DNA from: an uncultured Acidobacteriota bacterium | GTDB taxonomy: Bacteria; Acidobacteriota; UBA6911 | Reading direction: 5' to 3' | NCBI GenBank assembly: GCA_963843575.1 | Contig: CAWJKZ010000021.1 | Coordinates: 64,001 to 128,000, forward strand | DNA length: 64,000 nt | In this document: in pieces, positions 8,017 to 18,059 of the stretch | Layout: the number at the start of each line of letters is the position of its first letter | How positions within the stretch are numbered: the stretch's first letter is position 1 | Translations under genes and position numbers: made by a program | The notes under the pieces: generated by a model | What the model was told of the DNA's origin: nothing | Database searches by the model: none | The model's input: only the letters and a program-made list of their open reading frames with translations

Positions 8017-10230
8017 ATGATTGATCCCTCACCCAGACTATTGCGGCGCATTTTCGCCTTCGCCTCGGCCTTGGCGCTCTTATCGAGTGTTTTGCGGGCC
8101 GCGGACGTCGCGGAGGTGGCCGCGCGCCGCACAGGCGAGAAGATCAACGTAGACGGGGTCCTGGACGAACCCGTCTGGCGGGAGAGTCCGGGCATCGGCG
8201 AGCTCGTCCAGGTCGATCCTCTTCCCGGGACGCCGGCGACCGATGGGACGCAGGTCTGGGTGGCCTACAGCCGGGACGCCCTGTATGTCGCCGTGCGGTG
8301 CCACGACCGGGACGCGGGCCGTATCGTGGCCACCGATATGGGCCGAGACGCCCGGCTGGAGGAGAAGGACAGGATCGAGATCGTGCTCGACACGCACCAC
8401 GACCACCGCAACGCCTACTACTTCGCCACGAACCCGGTGGGCGCGCTGGTCGACGGGCGCGTGAGCGAGAACCAGGAGCCCGCGCTGGAGTGGGACGGCG
8501 TGTGGCTGGTCCGTACCCTCGTCGACGCCGCCGGCTGGTCGGCGGAGTTCGAGATCCCCTTCAAGACCGTCGGGTTCAGCCGCGGGCTGCGAGAGTGGGG
8601 CTTCAACGTCTCGCGCTTTGTCGGCCGTAACCGGGAGACGTCCCGCTGGGCCTCGCCGTCGCTCGACGTGAAGCTGAACCACCTGTCCCGGGCCGGCCAG
8701 ATCTCCGGCCTTGAGGGGCTGTCCCAGGGTGTCGGCCTCGACGTGAAACCCTACGGCATCGCGGGTTTCACCCGCGACGTCTCCCGCGTGGACATGGTCG
8801 AGGGGACGGCCAAGGCGGGCGCCGACCTCTTCTACCGGATCACTTCCAATCTGGTTTCCAGCACCACCTTCAACACCGATTTCGCGGAGACGGAGGTCGA
8901 CACCCGCCAGGTGAACCTCACCCGCTTCCCGCTTTTCTTCCCGGAGAAGCGCGCCTTTTTCCTGGAGGACGCAGGCACGTTCGAGTTTGGCCTCCGGGGG
9001 GAGAACCACGGCGGCGTGCAGCAGGCGGGCGACCTGCTGCCGTTCTTCTCGCGCCGTGTCGGGCTCGTGGCCGGCGACGAGGTGCCGCTGCGCGCGGGGG
9101 AGAAGCTCACCGGCAAGGTCGGGCGCTTCGACGTGGGGCTACTGGACGTGCAGACCGGCAGCCTCGAGCGGGACGAAGCCGTGGTCGCCCCCGGCCGCAA
9201 CCTCGCGGTCGGCCGCGTGAAGGCGAATTTCCTGAGCCAGTCCTATGTCGGGGCGCTGTTCACCAACGGCGACCCGACCGGGGCGGGCAGCAACCGGGTC
9301 GGGGGACTCGACCTGAAGCTGGCGACCTCCAATTTCCTCAAAAGCGAAAAGAACCTGAGCCTGATCCTCTTCGGCTCGAAGAGCCGAACCGGCGGCGTCG
9401 CGGGGCGCGACGCCGCGTACGGCGGCGAAATCGGCTTCCCCAACGATTTCGTGGATGCCCGGTACAAGCTGCTGAAGATCGGCGAGAACTACAACCCGGC
9501 GCTCGGTTTCGTCCCGCGCCGCGGCGTCCGGATCTCTTCCCTGAGCATGGACGTGCGCCCGCGCCCAAGATTCTGGAACATCCGCCAGATGTCGTTCGAG
9601 CTCGAGTACAACGACTACTACAACCTGCAGGAGCACTCCACGGAGACGCGGGAGCTGAAGCTGACCCCCGTCCAGTGGAGGTTCAACACCGGGGAAATGA
9701 TCAACTACGAGTACTCGCGCAACATCGAGCGGCTCTACGAACCCTGGGAAATCCAGGACGGCGTGGTATTGCCCGCAGGCGAGTACTCCTTCGATGCGCA
9801 CGTGCTGGAGTTCAACACGTCCGAGGCACGGGCACTCTTCGCGGGCCTGCAGTTCGGCACGGGATCGTTCTTCGGCGGGGCGCGCCGGCAGGCCAAGCTC
9901 GAGGCGGCCTGGAGAAAGAACCGCCACCTGACCACCGCCCTGACGCTCGAACAGAACTGGCTGCGGCTCGAGCAGGGCGACTTCGACACGCGCCTGATGA
10001 TGGGCCGTCTGGACTACTCGTTCACACCCTTGGTCACGCTGGCGAACTTCGTGCAGTACGACACCGAAAGCCGCAACATCGGGCTGCAGAGCCGGCTGAG
10101 ATGGATCCTGACCCCAGGGAGGGAATTCTTCGTCGTGCTCAACCACGCCTGGCAGGAAAACGAACTCGACCGCTTCGAATCGGCGCAGACGCGCTTCAGG
10201 GTCAAGTTCAACTACACGTTCCGATTCTAA
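8017..10230 (+). CDS. CBM9-like / DUF5916 outer-membrane protein
   Basis: INVDGVLDEPVW...LYVAVRCHD...WSAEFEIPF (CBM9-like); NTDFAETEVDTRQVNLTRFPLFFPEKRAFFLE (DUF5916); C-terminal KFNYTFRF beta-barrel signature. Confidence 0.85.
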   Translation: MIDPSPRLLRRIFAFASALALLSSVLRAADVAEVAARRTGEKINVDGVLDEPVWRESPGIGELVQVDPLPGTPATDGTQVWVAYSRDALYVAVRCHDRDAGRIVATDMGRDARLEEKDRIEIVLDTHHDHRNAYYFATNPVGALVDGRVSENQEPALEWDGVWLVRTLVDAAGWSAEFEIPFKTVGFSRGLREWGFNVSRFVGRNRETSRWASPSLDVKLNHLSRAGQISGLEGLSQGVGLDVKPYGIAGFTRDVSRVDMVEGTAKAGADLFYRITSNLVSSTTFNTDFAETEVDTRQVNLTRFPLFFPEKRAFFLEDAGTFEFGLRGENHGGVQQAGDLLPFFSRRVGLVAGDEVPLRAGEKLTGKVGRFDVGLLDVQTGSLERDEAVVAPGRNLAVGRVKANFLSQSYVGALFTNGDPTGAGSNRVGGLDLKLATSNFLKSEKNLSLILFGSKSRTGGVAGRDAAYGGEIGFPNDFVDARYKLLKIGENYNPALGFVPRRGVRISSLSMDVRPRPRFWNIRQMSFELEYNDYYNLQEHSTETRELKLTPVQWRFNTGEMINYEYSRNIERLYEPWEIQDGVVLPAGEYSFDAHVLEFNTSEARALFAGLQFGTGSFFGGARRQAKLEAAWRKNRHLTTALTLEQNWLRLEQGDFDTRLMMGRLDYSFTPLVTLANFVQYDTESRNIGLQSRLRWILTPGREFFVVLNHAWQENELDRFESAQTRFRVKFNYTFRF

Positions 10231-10296
10231 AACCAGCCTCAAGCGGGTCCGGACTGAAGAGTCTGTCCAACGGTTGGCGCCCGACCCAAACACAAT

Positions 10297-10408
10297 TCAA
10301 GTGGGTCCGGGCTTCAGCCCGGACGTCTTTTGATCTGATCTATGTGGCGACGGGCGCGCGTTATAGCGACCGCAAACAGCGTCCGGGCTGAAGCCCGGAC
10401 CCACTTGA
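10297..10408. repeat. REPIN-like element: inverted pair of GTGG-type REP palindromes
   Basis: tcaagtgggtccgggcttcagcccggacg ... cgtccgggctgaagcccggacccacttga form a perfect 29-bp inverted repeat and each arm is itself a hairpin; second copy at 38246-38337. Confidence 0.8.
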
Positions 10409-10431
10409 CCCACTCGAGGATTGTCCAAGCT

Positions 10432-10908
10432 TCAGAACTCAGGAGGGGCCATCTGCTCCTTCATCATTTTCATCATTTCGCGCGGCGTGGGCTCGGCGAT
10501 GTGGCTGCCGATCGACCACGAGTAGCCTTCCGGGTCGATCAGGTTGCCGCAGCGGTCTCCCCAGAACATGTCGGTGACGGGCATCCTCTGGGTGGCGCCC
10601 AGCTTCAGGGCGCGGGCGAAGACCTTGTCGACGTCCTCGACGTACAGGTACAGGGTCGACGGGGAGCCCCCTAACGACTTGGCGCTCCGGTTCCACCCGG
10701 GCATCTCCGGTCCCAGCATCAGGACGGTGTCGCGCACGGTGAGTTCGGCGTGCATCGGCTTGCCGTCCGGCCCCTTCATGAGGCCGCGCTTCTTGAAGCC
10801 GAACGCTTTCTGGTAGAAGTTCATCGCCGCCTTCACGTCCGTCACGGTGAGGGCGACGGTCACGGCGCTGTAGTTTTTTTTGTTGAGCGGATCGATTTTC
10901 TTTGCCAT
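10432..10908 (-). CDS. VOC/glyoxalase family protein (PhnB-like)
   Basis: AAMNFYQKAFG...MHAELTVRDTVLML...LYLYVEDVD...DMFWGDRCGNLIDPEGYSW. Confidence 0.9.
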   Translation of the reverse strand: MAKKIDPLNKKNYSAVTVALTVTDVKAAMNFYQKAFGFKKRGLMKGPDGKPMHAELTVRDTVLMLGPEMPGWNRSAKSLGGSPSTLYLYVEDVDKVFARALKLGATQRMPVTDMFWGDRCGNLIDPEGYSWSIGSHIAEPTPREMMKMMKEQMAPPEF

Positions 10909-11063
10909 GCGAGACCTCCCTCAGAAATGTACAACCTGAGGCCCCCGATGGCAAAGGCGGCAGTCGCCGCGGCCGACGGTGCGCGTTGTCCAGGTACGGA
11001 GGAGCACCGCGTTTTTTGTCGATTTTCCCCACCCAAAAGCCGGATCCGACCGTCTAACACCTT

Positions 11064-13571
11064 ATGACCACTCTCCTGGCAGACCTTCGCTACTCGTTGC
11101 GGACCCTGCGGCGCAGTCCCCTGTTTGCCGTCGTCGCGATTTTTTCGCTGGCGCTGGGCATCGGGGCAAACACGGCGATCTTCACCCTGATCGACCAGGT
11201 CGTCCTGCGCCGGCTCCCGGTAAAAGACCCGGGAAGCCTCGTGATGCTGTACCAGCGGGGCACACACAACGGCAGCAACATGGGCACCCGGATGCACTCC
11301 TACCCGATCTATCAGGATTACCAGCAGAAGGCCGCCCCGCTCGCCGAGGTCTTGTGCCGCCGGCTCTTTACCGCCTCGCTCAGCGTCGACAACCAGACCG
11401 AGCGCGTCGACGCGGAAATGGTCTCGGGAAATTTCTTCACGATGCTGGGGGTCCGGGCGGCGGTCGGGCGCGTTTTCAGCTCGGAGGAAGACGACCGCGT
11501 CTACCAGGGTCATCCCGTGGTCGTGCTGAGCCACGATTACTGGACCACTCGTTTCGCCCTCGATCCGCAGGTCGTCGGCAAGAAGGTCCTGGTCAACAAT
11601 TACCCCATGACGGTCGTGGGCGTGTCCGCGGCGGGATTTGCTGGGCTGGATCCGGCGCAGTCGCCCCAGGTTCGCGTCCCCATCCTGATGAAGCCGCTTA
11701 TGCTGCCGGAGTGGTCCTGGCTGCAGGCGGACGATCGCCGGGCGCGCTGGGTGCAGGTGTTTGCGCGTCTGAAGCCGGGTTACACCCCGGAGTCGGCGCA
11801 GGCGGCGCTGCAGGTGCTGTTTCACCAGGTCCGCGAGTACGAGTCGACCCTGCCGGCGGCGGCGAAGTGGTCGGCCTACTCCCGCGAGCAGTTCCTGAAA
11901 GGCACGCTGCACGTCGAGAAAGCCGCCACCGGGTACTCCGAGCTGCGCAACGATTTTTCGAAGGCGCTCATGGTGCTGATGGGGATGGTGGGGCTGGTGC
12001 TGCTCATCGCCTGCGCCAACGTCGCCAACCTTTTGATCGCGAGGGCATTCGCGAGACAGAGGGAGATCTCCATCCGGTTGTCGCTCGGTGCATCCCGCGG
12101 GCGCCTCGTGCGCCAGTTGCTCGTCGAGAGCACCGTGCTGTCGCTGGCGGGCGGCGCCGCAGGCGTCGCCCTCGCCTTCGCCATGACGCGCGGGTTGCTG
12201 GCGCTCGTCCCGATGGAAGGGAATCCGCTGCTGATCCGCCCGGAACCGGATGGGCGCATCCTGCTGTTCACCCTTGGGGTCACTGTGCTCACAGGCCTGG
12301 TCTTCGGCCTGATCCCCGCGCTCCGTGCCAGCCGTCCGGATCTCTGGACCTCCCTGAAAGACACCGTGGGTTCGATCGCGGGATCGGCCGGCGGCTCGCT
12401 GTTCCTCCGCAAGGGCCTGATTGCCGCCCAGGTGGCGTTGAGCTTCCTGCTGCTGTTCGGCGCCGGGCTGTTTGTGCGGAGCCTGCAGAACCTGAAAACC
12501 ACCGACACGGGCTTCCGCGAAATGAGCAACCTGGTCACGTTTCAGTTGTCGCCGGCGTTGATCGGGTACGACGCGCCGCGCGTGATGAACTTCTATCAGC
12601 GTCTTCTGGGCAACATCCGCGCGCTTCCGGGCGTCAAGTCCGCAGCCTGGGCTACCGTGCCGCTGTTGCACGGCTGGGAGTGGGACAGCACCACGTCGGT
12701 CGAAGGGCATCAGTCAAAGGACGGCGAGGACATGCAGGCGTTCATGAACTCGATCTCCCCCGGCTATTTCCAGACCATGGGGATTCCCGTCCTGGAGGGG
12801 CGCGATTTCGACGCCCGCGACATAAAGGAGAACTCGAAGGTAGCCATCGTAAACCGCAATTTTGCTCGACATTTCTTCGGCCAGAAGAGCGCGGTCGGAC
12901 GCCATCTCGGGTCCGGGAGCGGACCGGACACCAAACTCGACATCACCATCGTGGGGGTGGCCGCGGACAGCCTGTACGAAGGCCCCCGCGAAGGGGTGCG
13001 CAGGCAGGTGTTCGTACCCAACTGGGGGAACAACTCGGCGGCGTTCTACGTGCGCACCTCCCTGGGCTCCACGTCGGCCTACGGCGCGCTGCGGAGCGAG
13101 GTGAAAAAGCTGGACGCGTCCCTGCCCGTGTACGAGCTGAAGACGCTTGAAGCGCAGCTGGACGAAATCCTGCTCACGGAACGGCTGATCGCGCTTCTCT
13201 CGGCGGGCTTTGGCTTCCTGGCCACGGTGCTTGCCGCCATCGGGCTCTACGGGGTCATGGCGTTTGTGGTCGCGAGACGCACCAAGGAGCTGGGCGTGCG
13301 GCTCGCCCTGGGAGCGCAGCGGCGCTCCGTCATCTGGCTGGTCATGAAGGAAGTCCTGCTGCTCCTGGCGGTCGGGATTGCGGTCGGGGTCCCTTCGGGG
13401 CTGATGCTGGGGCGCTTCGTGGCCGCCCAGCTCTATGGCATCCAGCCCAATGATCCTTCGATCGCCGGCACGACGATCGCGCTGCTCGCAGTCGTTTCCA
13501 CGGCCGCCGGGATAATCCCCGCGCACCGCGCCAGCCGCATCGACCCGCTCATGGCGCTCCGCTACGAGTGA
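11064..13571 (+). CDS. ADOP-family duplicated MacB/FtsX-type ABC permease
   Basis: DLRYSLRTLRRSPLF...LALGIGANTAIF; LVLLIACANVANLLIAR...REISIRLSLGASRGRL; second FtsX domain RTKELGVRLALGA; C-term IDPLMALRYE. Confidence 0.92.
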   Translation: MTTLLADLRYSLRTLRRSPLFAVVAIFSLALGIGANTAIFTLIDQVVLRRLPVKDPGSLVMLYQRGTHNGSNMGTRMHSYPIYQDYQQKAAPLAEVLCRRLFTASLSVDNQTERVDAEMVSGNFFTMLGVRAAVGRVFSSEEDDRVYQGHPVVVLSHDYWTTRFALDPQVVGKKVLVNNYPMTVVGVSAAGFAGLDPAQSPQVRVPILMKPLMLPEWSWLQADDRRARWVQVFARLKPGYTPESAQAALQVLFHQVREYESTLPAAAKWSAYSREQFLKGTLHVEKAATGYSELRNDFSKALMVLMGMVGLVLLIACANVANLLIARAFARQREISIRLSLGASRGRLVRQLLVESTVLSLAGGAAGVALAFAMTRGLLALVPMEGNPLLIRPEPDGRILLFTLGVTVLTGLVFGLIPALRASRPDLWTSLKDTVGSIAGSAGGSLFLRKGLIAAQVALSFLLLFGAGLFVRSLQNLKTTDTGFREMSNLVTFQLSPALIGYDAPRVMNFYQRLLGNIRALPGVKSAAWATVPLLHGWEWDSTTSVEGHQSKDGEDMQAFMNSISPGYFQTMGIPVLEGRDFDARDIKENSKVAIVNRNFARHFFGQKSAVGRHLGSGSGPDTKLDITIVGVAADSLYEGPREGVRRQVFVPNWGNNSAAFYVRTSLGSTSAYGALRSEVKKLDASLPVYELKTLEAQLDEILLTERLIALLSAGFGFLATVLAAIGLYGVMAFVVARRTKELGVRLALGAQRRSVIWLVMKEVLLLLAVGIAVGVPSGLMLGRFVAAQLYGIQPNDPSIAGTTIALLAVVSTAAGIIPAHRASRIDPLMALRYE

Positions 13572-13606
13572 ACCGGCACGGTCCCGCCCCGATGGGCAAG
13601 GGCGCA

Positions 13607-15280
13607 CTACTTGCCCAGCTTGGCGATCTGGGTCTCGATGACGTCGTCCTCGATCTTCTGGAAGAGGATCTCCCGGGCGCCGAGCGGGTGCCCGTCGGGG
13701 AGGCGCAGGCCGGGCACCTCGTGCCAGTGCCGGTCGCGGTGGCAGCCCGGGGCGCCGAGCATCTTCCAGAGCCTTTCGGCCGAAAACGGCAGGATCGGCT
13801 CCATCAGGACCGCCAGCGCGGCCTGGAGCTGAACCGTGGTGTTGAGGGTGGCGGCGCACCGCTGCCGGTCCGTCTTGAGGGAGGCCCACGGCGCCGTGTC
13901 GTTGAAGTACCGGTTGCCCGTGCGCGCCAGGTCCATAAGTTCGCCGACGGCGCGGCGGACCTGGAACTCGTCGAGCGACTTCCCGATACGTTCCGTGTAT
14001 TCCGCGACTGAGGCCAGGACGGCGCGGTCGGCGTCGCCGGGGACGCCGGCCGGGGGAACGCGCGCCTCGAAGTGCTTCTCAATGAAGCTGAGGCTGCGGT
14101 TGACGAGGTTGCCCAGGACGTCGGCCAGCTCTCCGTTGTTGCGGGCCTGGAAGTCCTTCCAGGCGAAGTCGGCGTCCTTGCTCTCGGGCGCGTTGGCGGC
14201 GAGGTAGTAGCGCAGGGGGTCGGGAGGGAACACGTCGAGGTAATCGTCCGCCCAGATCGCCCAGTTGCGGCTGGTCGACAGCTTCTCCCCCTCAATGTTC
14301 AGGAACTCGTTGGCCGGGATCTGGTCGGGGAGGACGTAGCCGCCGTGCGCCATCAGGACGGCGGGCCAGACGATCGCGTGGAAGACGATGTTGTCCTTGC
14401 CGATGAAGTGCACCAGGCGAGTCGCCGGGTCGAGCCAGTAGTCGCGCCAGCGCTCCGGCTTCCCCTGGTTGCGCGACCACTCTACGGTGGACGAGATGTA
14501 GCCGATCGGGGCGTCGAACCAGACGTAGAGCACCTTCCCCTCGGCCCCCGCGAGGGGGACGGGGATGCCCCAGTCGATGTCGCGGGTGATCGGTCGGTCG
14601 GTCAGCCCCTCCTTGAACCAGCCGGCGCAGAACTCGCGCACGTTGCTCTTCCAGTCGGGCTTGGAATCCTGCCACTGCTGCAGGCGCTCCTGGAATTCCG
14701 AGAGTCGGAAGTACCAGTGGCGCGTGGTGCGCATCTCCGGCTTGGAGCCGCAGATCTTGCACCGCGGCTCGATCAGCAGTTCCGGTTCAAGCCAGCGGCC
14801 GCATCCCTCGCACTGGTCGCCGCGCGCGCCGCCGCGGTGGCAGTGCGGGCACTCTCCCTCGATGTAGCGGTCGGGCAGGAAGCGCCGGCAGGTCGGGCAG
14901 TAGTACTGGTTGACGTCGTGCTCGACGATGTGCCCCTTGCGGTACAGGTCGAGGAAGAAGCCCTGCGCGATCTCGTAGTGCAGCGGCAGGGAAGTGCGCG
15001 AGTAGTTGTCGAACGAGATCCCGAGCCGCCGGAAGCTCTCCTTCATCATCAGGTGGTACCGGTCCACGATCTCCTGCGGCGTGGTCTGCTCGCGGTCCGC
15101 GCGGATCGTGATCGGGACCCCGTGTTCGTCGGAGCCGCAGATGTAGATGACGTCGGCCCCCTTGAGCCGCTGGTAGCGCACGTAGACGTCCGCCGGGAGA
15201 TAGGCGCCCGCGAGGTGCCCGAGGTGCAGCGGGCCGTTGGCGTAGGGGAGCGCGGATGTGACGAGCACTTTGTCGGCCAA
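13607..15280 (-). CDS. metG: Methionine--tRNA ligase (short form without the C-terminal OB-fold appended domain)
   Basis: VTSALPYANGPLHLGH; CGSDEHG; four CxxC pairs; YVWFDAPIGY; HFIGKDN; KLSTS (KMSKS equivalent); TTG start after AGGAGG. Confidence 0.96.
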   Translation of the reverse strand: MADKVLVTSALPYANGPLHLGHLAGAYLPADVYVRYQRLKGADVIYICGSDEHGVPITIRADREQTTPQEIVDRYHLMMKESFRRLGISFDNYSRTSLPLHYEIAQGFFLDLYRKGHIVEHDVNQYYCPTCRRFLPDRYIEGECPHCHRGGARGDQCEGCGRWLEPELLIEPRCKICGSKPEMRTTRHWYFRLSEFQERLQQWQDSKPDWKSNVREFCAGWFKEGLTDRPITRDIDWGIPVPLAGAEGKVLYVWFDAPIGYISSTVEWSRNQGKPERWRDYWLDPATRLVHFIGKDNIVFHAIVWPAVLMAHGGYVLPDQIPANEFLNIEGEKLSTSRNWAIWADDYLDVFPPDPLRYYLAANAPESKDADFAWKDFQARNNGELADVLGNLVNRSLSFIEKHFEARVPPAGVPGDADRAVLASVAEYTERIGKSLDEFQVRRAVGELMDLARTGNRYFNDTAPWASLKTDRQRCAATLNTTVQLQAALAVLMEPILPFSAERLWKMLGAPGCHRDRHWHEVPGLRLPDGHPLGAREILFQKIEDDVIETQIAKLGK

Positions 15281-15313
15281 GGAGATCCCTCCTGAAAGGA
15301 AGGAATACTATCA

Positions 15314-15379
15314 CAGAAGCCGGAAGCTGGAAGTCGCGGCGCCGGAAGCCACTAAGACAGAAGCCCGGGAGCCGGAAGC
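15314..15379. repeat. Degenerate heptamer array (YRGAAGY) upstream of metG
   Basis: cagaagc cggaagc tggaagt ... cggaagc ... cagaagc cgggagc cggaagc. Confidence 0.5.
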
Positions 15380-15489
15380 GATCGGATGGCGGTGGCGATC
15401 CCGGACGCTGAGGGCGAGCTCGAGAGGGGGCTGATGCCCGGCGACCGGCAGTGCCGGGACCGGGCATCAACCTCTCAATGGCCGTGTCG

Positions 15490-15969
15490 TCAGTTGCGCT
15501 GCTCTTCCTGGAGCAGGAGTTGGCCACGAATCTCCCCTCCCGGCGCGAGCGTAGTGTGAATGTTGATGTAGGTCCGGCCGCCCAGGATGGCGTTCTGGAC
15601 ATCCGCGAACGTCGTGACTCCCCTGTCCTGGACCGCAACGAAGTCGGTTTCGGTCAGGGTTCCGGTCAACCGCCCCGGAAACGCTCCGTTACCGCCCCCG
15701 AACAGTGGGACGATCACTGGCCCATTGACGCCGGGGAACCCGAGGTGGATGTGGGCTGCCTGGACCTCCGTCCCGAAGCCCTCCCCGGTGAAAGTGTAGT
15801 CGATCCTGTCTGGGTATATGACGAACACCGCCCGTCCGGAGGCGTTCGAAGGAACGGGCGGCACTTCGTGCTCACCCGTCATCGTCGCCCGAACCGCGGT
15901 TTGAGCCATGAGCGGCGAACCGCCCATCAGCAGGAAAAGCGTTCCAAAGACCACTCGGCTGTTTCTCAT
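15490..15969 (-). CDS. Secreted CHRD-domain protein
   Basis: Signal peptide; MTGEHEVPPVPSNASG...AAHIHLGFPGVNGPVIVPL...GRTYINIHT..PGGEIRGQL. Confidence 0.88.
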   Translation of the reverse strand: MRNSRVVFGTLFLLMGGSPLMAQTAVRATMTGEHEVPPVPSNASGRAVFVIYPDRIDYTFTGEGFGTEVQAAHIHLGFPGVNGPVIVPLFGGGNGAFPGRLTGTLTETDFVAVQDRGVTTFADVQNAILGGRTYINIHTTLAPGGEIRGQLLLQEEQRN

Positions 15970-16441
15970 GGTGCTCGCTCCCGATGCTGGTGTGTTCCGT
16001 GGCGCCAGGGTGAATAAAAGGATATGCGAATCAGAATAACTGTTCAATAGGATTAGTGTCCGTAATAGGACGCGTCCCGCCCCGCCATTGTGCCCGCCGG
16101 CATTCTCCAAGAACCGGACGGAGACCCCGGGTCCGCCGCGGGTGGGACGATGTATGGCGCTCGGCTCGTGAGGAGGCAGCCATGACAGAAGCGCAGCCCT
16201 CCGGAGTTCTGCGCTTGCCTTGCACAAGCCGAGGTGAGCAATTTTGTCCACAGGGGTGAGCAGTACTGTACTGACATTCGAATCGCGGCAGGGTACAAGC
16301 AATAGGTGTTCGGCATCTCGTGGGAGAAGTCATCGCGCGAAGTGCAGGAACCCGCACAGGGCCGAGCCAGCTCGCACAAGAACACCATTACGTTCCCAGC
16401 ACAACGCGGGGAGACCAGGCTCAGACCAGGAGGTGAGAGTT

Positions 16442-16776
16442 ATGGACATCAACACACGTAGAATCGGGGATGTCCATGTTCACTCAACGGCAAGATCGTC
16501 CTTGGCGAAGCCACCAGGACCATCCGACACACCGTCAACGACCTTCTGGTGAACGGTGGGCACAAGATCGTTCTCAACATGATGGAGGTCAGCTATGTCG
16601 ACAGCTCAGGAATCGGTGAGTTGGGGAAGACGTATACCACCGTCACCAACGAGGGAAGGCAACTGAGACTCCTGAACCTGACCAAGAGGGTCAGGGAAGT
16701 TCTGGTGATCACGAAGCTCTTGACGGTGTTCCAGGTATTCGAGAGCGAGCGGGATGCGGTGGCCAGCTTCGCGTGA
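16442..16776 (+). pseudogene. STAS-domain anti-sigma factor antagonist, frameshifted near 16481
   Basis: GGAGG RBS, then MDINTRRIGDVHV, which switches frame to LNGKIVLGEA...KIVLNMMEVSYVDSSGIGEL (phospho-Ser motif)...LLTVFQVFESERDAVASFA. Confidence 0.8.
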
Positions 16777-16789
16777 CCGGGAGGACACG

Positions 16790-18022
16790 TTGAATGTTGT
16801 CAAAGTTGTCAAAGACACCCTGACCATAATCCTGGCCGGAGGGCAGGGGGAACGGCTCTACCCATTGACCAGAGATCGAGCCAAGCCCGCAGTCCCTTTT
16901 GCCGGGCATTACCGGATCATCGACTTCACCCTGTCGAACTGCATCAACTCAGGGCTCAAGCGCATCTACGTTCTCACTCAGTACAAGAGCCAATCGCTCG
17001 ACGACCACCTCAGGTTGGGCTGGAACATTTTCGCCAGTGCTTTTGATGAGTTCTTGTTTTCGGTTCCTCCCCAACTCAGGACGGGAAGTTCGTGGTATCG
17101 GGGAACGGCGGATGCTGTGTTTCAGAATCTCTACATCCTGCGGGAACGGCTCCCGCGCCGAGTTCTCATCCTCTCCGGCGACCACATTTACAGGATGGAT
17201 TACAGCGAGATGATTGCAGCCCACGTGCGCACGGGCGCCGCGGTCACGGTTGCCGCGGTGGAGTGCGACACGAAATGCGCGAGCGGGATGGGCGTTCTGG
17301 AGATTGACGAACAGAATCGCGTCGTGTCCTTCGAAGAGAAACCGGACAATCCCAAACCCATCCCTCGTCGGTTCGGCCTTTCCCTGGTCAACATGGGCGT
17401 GTATCTGTTCGAAACCGATGCTTTGGTTGAGGGGACTTCCATAGACAGCCGCGGCGAGAGTGTGGAGGATTTCGGCCGGGACATCCTGCCTCGTTTCGTT
17501 CACAGCAAGCCGGTTTATGCCTATCCCTTCAGCGAGGCGAACGAAAACTACTGGCGGGACGTCGGCACTCTGGATTCCTATTACGAGGCCAGCATGGATT
17601 TGCTGAAGGCCGATCCGCCATTCAATCTCTACGACACCTCTTTCCCTATCCACTCTTCCACCCGCCCGCGTCCGCCCGCCAGGATGACCTTTGCCGGCGG
17701 AGGGACGGATCTCATGGGGGTTGCCTTGGATTCGCTCCTCTGCAATGGCTGCGTCATCAGAGGCGGGCGGGCGGAGCGCTCGATCCTGTCCCCGGACGTG
17801 CACGTGGATTCTGGCGCGCTGGTTGAGGATTCGATCCTTTTCGACCGGGTGGAAGTGGGGAGCCGGGCAAAGATCCGCCGGGCCATCATCGACAAGGCCG
17901 TGAGGATTCCTCCGGGATTCGAGGTCGGCTACAACCCCGAGCAGGATGCGAAGCGCTTCACCGTAAGCGAATCGGGTGTCGTGGTAATCCCCAAGGCGGC
18001 TCAGATCAGGGAGGGAAGCTGA
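16790..18022 (+). CDS. glgC: Glucose-1-phosphate adenylyltransferase
   Basis: ILAGGQGERLYPLTRDRAKPAVPFAG; VLTQYKSQSL; WYRGTADAV; LSGDHIYRMDY; FEEKP; YWRDVGTLDSY; TTG start after GGAGGA. Confidence 0.95.
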   Translation: MNVVKVVKDTLTIILAGGQGERLYPLTRDRAKPAVPFAGHYRIIDFTLSNCINSGLKRIYVLTQYKSQSLDDHLRLGWNIFASAFDEFLFSVPPQLRTGSSWYRGTADAVFQNLYILRERLPRRVLILSGDHIYRMDYSEMIAAHVRTGAAVTVAAVECDTKCASGMGVLEIDEQNRVVSFEEKPDNPKPIPRRFGLSLVNMGVYLFETDALVEGTSIDSRGESVEDFGRDILPRFVHSKPVYAYPFSEANENYWRDVGTLDSYYEASMDLLKADPPFNLYDTSFPIHSSTRPRPPARMTFAGGGTDLMGVALDSLLCNGCVIRGGRAERSILSPDVHVDSGALVEDSILFDRVEVGSRAKIRRAIIDKAVRIPPGFEVGYNPEQDAKRFTVSESGVVVIPKAAQIREGS

Positions 18023-18059
18023 TGCGCGCAAAACGACACCGGAGCCAAGAGGAGGCCTG

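Noticed and set aside
16243-16251. TTGTCCACA DnaA-box-like 9-mer
   Set aside because: Single copy, with no box cluster or dnaA/dnaN context, so no oriC is called.
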